From the NCBI GenBank assembly GCA_034520665.1, contig JAXHNJ010000001.1:130579-194578 (forward strand): a DNA stretch of 64,000 bases, written 5' to 3'. The stretch comes from Patescibacteria group bacterium (GTDB taxonomy: Bacteria; Patescibacteriota; Patescibacteriia; JAXHNJ01). Of the stretch, positions 59,650 to 64,000 are shown piece after piece. A program made the position numbers and the translations under genes. Under the pieces are notes generated by a model. The model saw only the letters and a program-made list of their open reading frames with translations. It had not been told where the DNA came from and did no database searches. The number at the start of each line of letters is the position of its first letter. Positions within the stretch are counted from its first letter, which is position 1.

Positions 59650-59841
59650 AATTTTTGTAAAAAACCTACCTTAATCGTAATTTAGCAAGGCCAGTACTTA
59701 ACATCTTAAGGGACTTTGCTACCTAATATAAAAAGGGTAGGTTTTTTAGTTGAAAAAATTATATTTTTAGTTTAGAATTTAATTATTAGGCAATATTATA
59801 TTGATACCTTATTTTCTTAAATTGAAAGAAGGGAGGGATTT

Positions 59842-60051
59842 ATGCCGGGTTTTCAATTCATAGTGCCTTGTGACAAATGCGAGAGCGTTATAAATTGTAT
59901 TGAGAAAGAACTGGCCGGCAAACTGCGAGATGATCAGAAACTGGAATGCACTAAAGGCCCCTTTGGGGTAATCGTCCGAGGCATCGATGAAGAGCAACTA
60001 GTCCATCTTAGAGGAATTTCTGGTATATTTTCGGTGCAGTATGTGGCCTAA
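59842..60051 (+). CDS. Small CxxC-containing hypothetical protein
   Basis: 69 aa; GGAGG SD; terminator GGGCTCC/GGAGCCC plus T tract at ~60089-60116. Confidence 0.65.
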   Translation: MPGFQFIVPCDKCESVINCIEKELAGKLRDDQKLECTKGPFGVIVRGIDEEQLVHLRGISGIFSVQYVA

Positions 60052-60196
60052 AAAAGAGGAGGATAAATTTAGATCTTTGTTACTTATTCGGGCTCCAGAT
60101 TTGGAGCCCTTTTTTTAATTTGACTAGTTTATTTTATTTTGATAATCTATGATGATAATTTAACCGCTCTTTACAATTTATTTTTTGGAGGAAAAA

Positions 60197-60979
60197 ATGA
60201 AAAAGCTGAAGGTTCTATTAATTGATATTGATAATTTTCTTGAAACCCAAATACTGAAGTGGGTATTTTTAAGGAAAGGCATCCAAGTAGTCAGGCCCGA
60301 TAGCCAAAAAGAGCTATTGGAAAATTTTCCTTATGATTTAAGGAAATGGGAATTCAGACCTGATTTTGTTCTGGTGACTTATTATAATTTTTCCCAGCTG
60401 ACCTGGCTGATCAGCTATCTGAGAAATATTGAGTCAATTGGCATTAGGGTCGTAAATTCGACTGAAAACATTGAGTTGTTTACTGATTATTTACGGCGCA
60501 GCCAGATCCTTTCTCAAAAGGGATATCAAATTCCAAATTTTTATCACGGTTGTTCTTCTAAAATTCCTGAGCATTTAGGAAAGATGGTGGTTTGCAAGAC
60601 TTTGAAAGAGCATCAGACTTTTCTTTGTCCGAGGACGGGCATCCATTCCCTTAATAGTCCGATTTTTGTCGAGTCCTGTATTGCTAATCCAAAGAAAAAA
60701 ATTCTTACTATTTATTACGTGGATGGCCTGATTTGGGCTCGTTGGAAAGAAGATGCTCTGCAGACTAAGAAAAGAAACAGAGAACTAATCACTGATTTAT
60801 CTGGCTTTGCCGAAGAAAAGAAAATCGTAGGTAAAATAGCCCAGGATTTCGGCTTAGTTTTTTTTAATGTCGAGTTTGTTGAGGGTTATGTAATTGATGT
60901 TAATACCATTGCTAACCTTTTTTATTCCCAACATCTCCAGCCCCTTGAAGCTTTAGCTGACTGGTTTTTAAATCAGTAG
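60197..60979 (+). CDS. Divergent ATP-grasp (RimK-like) protein
   Basis: RVVNS, IP, FFNVEF...VIDVN. Start moved to the ATG following GGAGG. Confidence 0.6.
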   Translation: MKKLKVLLIDIDNFLETQILKWVFLRKGIQVVRPDSQKELLENFPYDLRKWEFRPDFVLVTYYNFSQLTWLISYLRNIESIGIRVVNSTENIELFTDYLRRSQILSQKGYQIPNFYHGCSSKIPEHLGKMVVCKTLKEHQTFLCPRTGIHSLNSPIFVESCIANPKKKILTIYYVDGLIWARWKEDALQTKKRNRELITDLSGFAEEKKIVGKIAQDFGLVFFNVEFVEGYVIDVNTIANLFYSQHLQPLEALADWFLNQ

Positions 60980-61039
60980 GTCTGGGAAGTATGAAGCGAG
61001 AATTCAATTCTCGCTTCTTTTATGTTAAAATAAAATAAT

Positions 61040-61651
61040 ATGAAATATAAAGCAGTGATTTTTGATAACGTCGGGGTGATTCTTAATGAAAACCACAAGA
61101 ACTGGTCCAAAAGAATTGCCGAATATTATAATTTACCATTTGATAGTATTTATCAGAGTTACTCACGCCAGAAAGCCTGGCAGCTTTTTAAGAGAGGAAA
61201 AATATCTGAAACTGAATTTTGGCAACAAGGAAACAAAAAATTAGGAAAGAAACTTGACCTGAAAATATTAAAAAAAATGGCCCGGCGTGCGAGAAGGCCA
61301 AGAAAGCTGGTGGTAAAATTAATAAAAAAATTAAAGAATAATTATGTTCTTGGTTTATTAAATAACGAGGGCCGGGAATGGGATAATTACTCCTTTCAGA
61401 AAAATTCTTTTTATTCATTGTTTGATATTCATCTGGCTTCTTATCATTTTGGAGTAGCCAAGCCAAAAGAAAGGATATATAAAATTTTAATAAAGAAATT
61501 AAAAAAATATAATATTAAGCCAGAAGAAACGGTTTATATTGATGATTATTTAGAAAATTTAAAATCCGCCAAAAAACTAGGTTTTGTCACCATTCACTAT
61601 AAAAGTTATAATGAATTGTATAAATCGCTAAAAAAATTACAAATTATATAA
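61040..61651 (+). CDS. HAD-family hydrolase
   Basis: IFDNVGV, LNN, KP, YIDD. Confidence 0.9.
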   Translation: MKYKAVIFDNVGVILNENHKNWSKRIAEYYNLPFDSIYQSYSRQKAWQLFKRGKISETEFWQQGNKKLGKKLDLKILKKMARRARRPRKLVVKLIKKLKNNYVLGLLNNEGREWDNYSFQKNSFYSLFDIHLASYHFGVAKPKERIYKILIKKLKKYNIKPEETVYIDDYLENLKSAKKLGFVTIHYKSYNELYKSLKKLQII

Positions 61652-62698
61652 ATGTATAAAACCAAAGTAATAAAAATAGGTCATAAAAAGATAGGCGGAA
61701 ACAATCCGGTTTTAGTCCAGTCAATGTGCAACACGGATACTCGCGATATTAAAGCCACTGTCAAGCAAATTAAAGAGCTGGAAAAAATGGGCTGTGAAAT
61801 TATCCGGGTGGCGGTTTTGGATATGAAAGCGGCTCGGGCCATTAAAAAAATAAAAAAGCAAATAAATATTCCTTTAGTGGCTGATATTCATTTTGATTAT
61901 CGCTTAGCTATTGAATCAGTCAAACAGGGAGCCGATAAAATTAGAATTAACCCGGGTAATATAGGCAGTCTGGAAAATTTAAGGAAAGTGGTTAAGGCTT
62001 GCCAAAATAAAAAAATACCGATTCGGGTGGGGGTAAATTCAGGTTCGCTTGAGCAAGATGTTTTAAAAAAATACAAAATGCGGGTTACGCCTCAAGGCCT
62101 GGTTGATTCAGCTTTAAAAAATATTAAACTTCTAGAAAAAATGAATTTTAGAAATATGGTGGTTTCTATTAAATCTACTAATGTGGCTCATACAATCAAG
62201 GCCTATGAAATGATAGCCAGAAAAATTAGTTACCCGCTTCATTTGGGAGTGACTGAGGCCGGTCCGCCTAGTGTTGGTATTATTAAATCTTCAATTGGTA
62301 TCGGTGCTTTATTAGCCCAGGGAATAGGGGATACTATCCGAGTTTCCTTGACTGGAGATTCAGCTGAAGAGGTCCGAGTCGGCTGGGAAATATTAAAATC
62401 ATTGAAGCTGAGAAAAAAAGGAGTGGAAATAATTTCTTGCCCCACTTGCGGCCGTACCCAAATAGATTTACCTAAGTTAGTCAATCAGGTTGAAAAAGCT
62501 CTTAAAGATATTAAAAAAGAAATAACAGTAGCTGTTATGGGCTGCGCGGTCAACGGCCCGGGCGAAGCCAGGGAAGCCGATATTGGAGTAGCCGGTGGTA
62601 AAAAAACAGGTATAATTTTTCGCCGAGGAAAAGTTATCAAAACAGTTAAAGAAAAAGATATATTAAAAGAGCTTTTAAAAGAAATTAAAAAATTATAA
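61652..62698 (+). CDS. ispG: (E)-4-hydroxy-3-methylbut-2-enyl-diphosphate synthase
   Basis: VQSM, ADIHF, RINPGN, HLGVTEAG, GDTIRVSL, CPTCGR, MGC.VNGPGE. Confidence 0.98.
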   Translation: MYKTKVIKIGHKKIGGNNPVLVQSMCNTDTRDIKATVKQIKELEKMGCEIIRVAVLDMKAARAIKKIKKQINIPLVADIHFDYRLAIESVKQGADKIRINPGNIGSLENLRKVVKACQNKKIPIRVGVNSGSLEQDVLKKYKMRVTPQGLVDSALKNIKLLEKMNFRNMVVSIKSTNVAHTIKAYEMIARKISYPLHLGVTEAGPPSVGIIKSSIGIGALLAQGIGDTIRVSLTGDSAEEVRVGWEILKSLKLRKKGVEIISCPTCGRTQIDLPKLVNQVEKALKDIKKEITVAVMGCAVNGPGEAREADIGVAGGKKTGIIFRRGKVIKTVKEKDILKELLKEIKKL

Positions 62699-62699
62699 T

Positions 62700-63416
62700 A
62701 TGTCTAGGAATTTGATTATATGGCTAATAATTTTAATAGTAATAATAATTGGTTTTATTTATTTATGGCTTAATCAGGATGAAGTATTAAAAGATGAGAA
62801 TAAAAATATGAATCTAAGTAATAAAGAAACAATTAAATTACCTGAACCAAGAAAGGATTCAGAAGTTTCTCTGGAAGCAGCTATTAATAAGCGTAGTTCG
62901 GTGCGAGAATATTCTGATCAAGAAATAAGTTTAAAAGATTTATCCCAAATTCTCTGGGCCGCTAATGGGACTAATGAAAAAGGCAGCCGCACGGCTCCTT
63001 CAGCCGGAGCTTTATACCCTATAGAACTTTATGTAGTGGGAAAGTTTGAAAATTATGCGGCTGGTATTTATCATTACCAAACGCCAAATCACACTTTAGA
63101 AAAAATAAAAGAAGGTGATTTTTTGTCCGAACTTTCAGAAATTAGTCTAGATCAACAATGGATTAGAAAAGCACCTTTAAATATAGTGGTCACGGGGGTA
63201 GTCAGTCGGACGGCTGAAAAGTACCGGGAGAGAGCAGAGCAGTATGTCGCTTTAGAAGCCGGGCCTGTGGGGCAGAATATTTATCTGCAAGTATCGGCTT
63301 TAAATTTAGGTACGGTTTCAGTAGGAGCTTTGCATGATGATCAAATGTCAGATTTTTTAGATTTTGAACCTAGCCAAAAAGCTTATTATATTTTTCCCAT
63401 TGGAGGACTTAAGTAA
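62700..63416 (+). CDS. SagB/ThcOx-family nitroreductase-like protein with N-terminal TM
   Basis: R.S.REY, LSQILWAA.G, RTAPSAGALYP, EAG..GQN.YL. Confidence 0.9.
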   Translation: MSRNLIIWLIILIVIIIGFIYLWLNQDEVLKDENKNMNLSNKETIKLPEPRKDSEVSLEAAINKRSSVREYSDQEISLKDLSQILWAANGTNEKGSRTAPSAGALYPIELYVVGKFENYAAGIYHYQTPNHTLEKIKEGDFLSELSEISLDQQWIRKAPLNIVVTGVVSRTAEKYRERAEQYVALEAGPVGQNIYLQVSALNLGTVSVGALHDDQMSDFLDFEPSQKAYYIFPIGGLK

Positions 63417-64000
63417 ATGCCGGAGCTACCAGAAGTAGAAACTATCAAGAGGGGACTGGAAAAGAAAATAATCGGCCAAAAGATTAGCCGTATTGATATT
63501 TTAGATGCCAAGCCGGTTGGTTCTTCTAACAAAAATTTTAAAAATAAATTAAAAGGGAGAAAAATAAAATCAGTCAAAAGACGGGCTAAAATTTTAATTA
63601 TTGGCTTTGATAGTGATTTGTTTATGATAGTGCATTTAAAAATTACCGGCCAATTGGTTTATCATAAAAAAAATGACCAGCATAATAAATACACCCGGGT
63701 AATTTTTTATTTTACTGATCAGACCAAGCTTTACTTTAATGATATGAGAAAGTTTGGTTATTTAAAGTTATTTAATAAGACTGAATTAGAAAAAGAGTTA
63801 AAAAGACTTGATTTTGGCCCGGAGCCTTTATCTTCAGATTTTAGACTAAAAAACTTTAGAGAAATACTAAAAAAAAGAAAAAATAAGCCGATTAAGCCGC
63901 TTTTAATGGATCCAAGGCTGATTGCCGGTATTGGTAATATTTACGCTTCTGAAGCCTGTTTTTTAGCTGGTATTAGACCAAGCCGGCGGGCTGGCACTTT
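63417..64000 (+). CDS. mutM: Formamidopyrimidine-DNA glycosylase (3' truncated by window edge)
   Basis: MPELPEVET, RRAK, HLKITG, DMRKFG, GPEP, AGIGNIYA.E. Confidence 0.96.
   Translation, partial: MPELPEVETIKRGLEKKIIGQKISRIDILDAKPVGSSNKNFKNKLKGRKIKSVKRRAKILIIGFDSDLFMIVHLKITGQLVYHKKNDQHNKYTRVIFYFTDQTKLYFNDMRKFGYLKLFNKTELEKELKRLDFGPEPLSSDFRLKNFREILKKRKNKPIKPLLMDPRLIAGIGNIYASEACFLAGIRPSRRAGT

Noticed and set aside
224-63577. Many short antisense or alternate-frame ORFs inside well-supported genes (e.g. 224-496, 4334-4639, 28422-28739, 30033-30386, 53672-53935, 62239-62484, 63386-63577)
   Set aside because: Shadow ORFs with no motifs or translation signals.

Overview
AT-rich bacterial chromosome segment whose gene content suggests a Patescibacteria/CPR (Parcubacteria-like) genome. 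The clues are a TrwB/VirD4-like ATPase, a DUF5667 protein and mostly Shine-Dalgarno-less core genes, and the assignment is an inference. Core genes are dnaK (5' partial), dnaJ, dusB, corA, dnaX, a family-4 uracil-DNA glycosylase, uppS, rarA, queH, ispG and mutM (3' partial), plus tRNA-Gln(CTG) and tRNA-Pro(CGG). The most notable features are: (1) a ~280-nt minus-strand structured RNA (33881-34160) with its own promoter and terminator, embedding a covarying copy of the 23S rRNA L1 stalk (H76-78) next to a tRNA-like T-arm; (2) a rearranged locus with two paralogous PaaK-like ligase + ThiF-like adenylyltransferase modules feeding into a multi-TM histidine kinase and response regulator; (3) an unannotated 57-aa bacterial histone-fold gene (59476-59649), 3.6 kb from a histone-deacetylase-family gene; (4) an intact tRNA-Gln nested inside a degenerate tRNA-Gln; (5) small palindromes inserted into hairpin loops, with three RAYT transposases and a GIY-YIG nuclease among REP-like arrays; (6) a membrane-anchored single-domain Clp/Hsp100 ATPase; (7) a sortase with two LPQAG substrates that share a promoter/operator. 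All family calls come from motif recognition by eye; no database searches were run.
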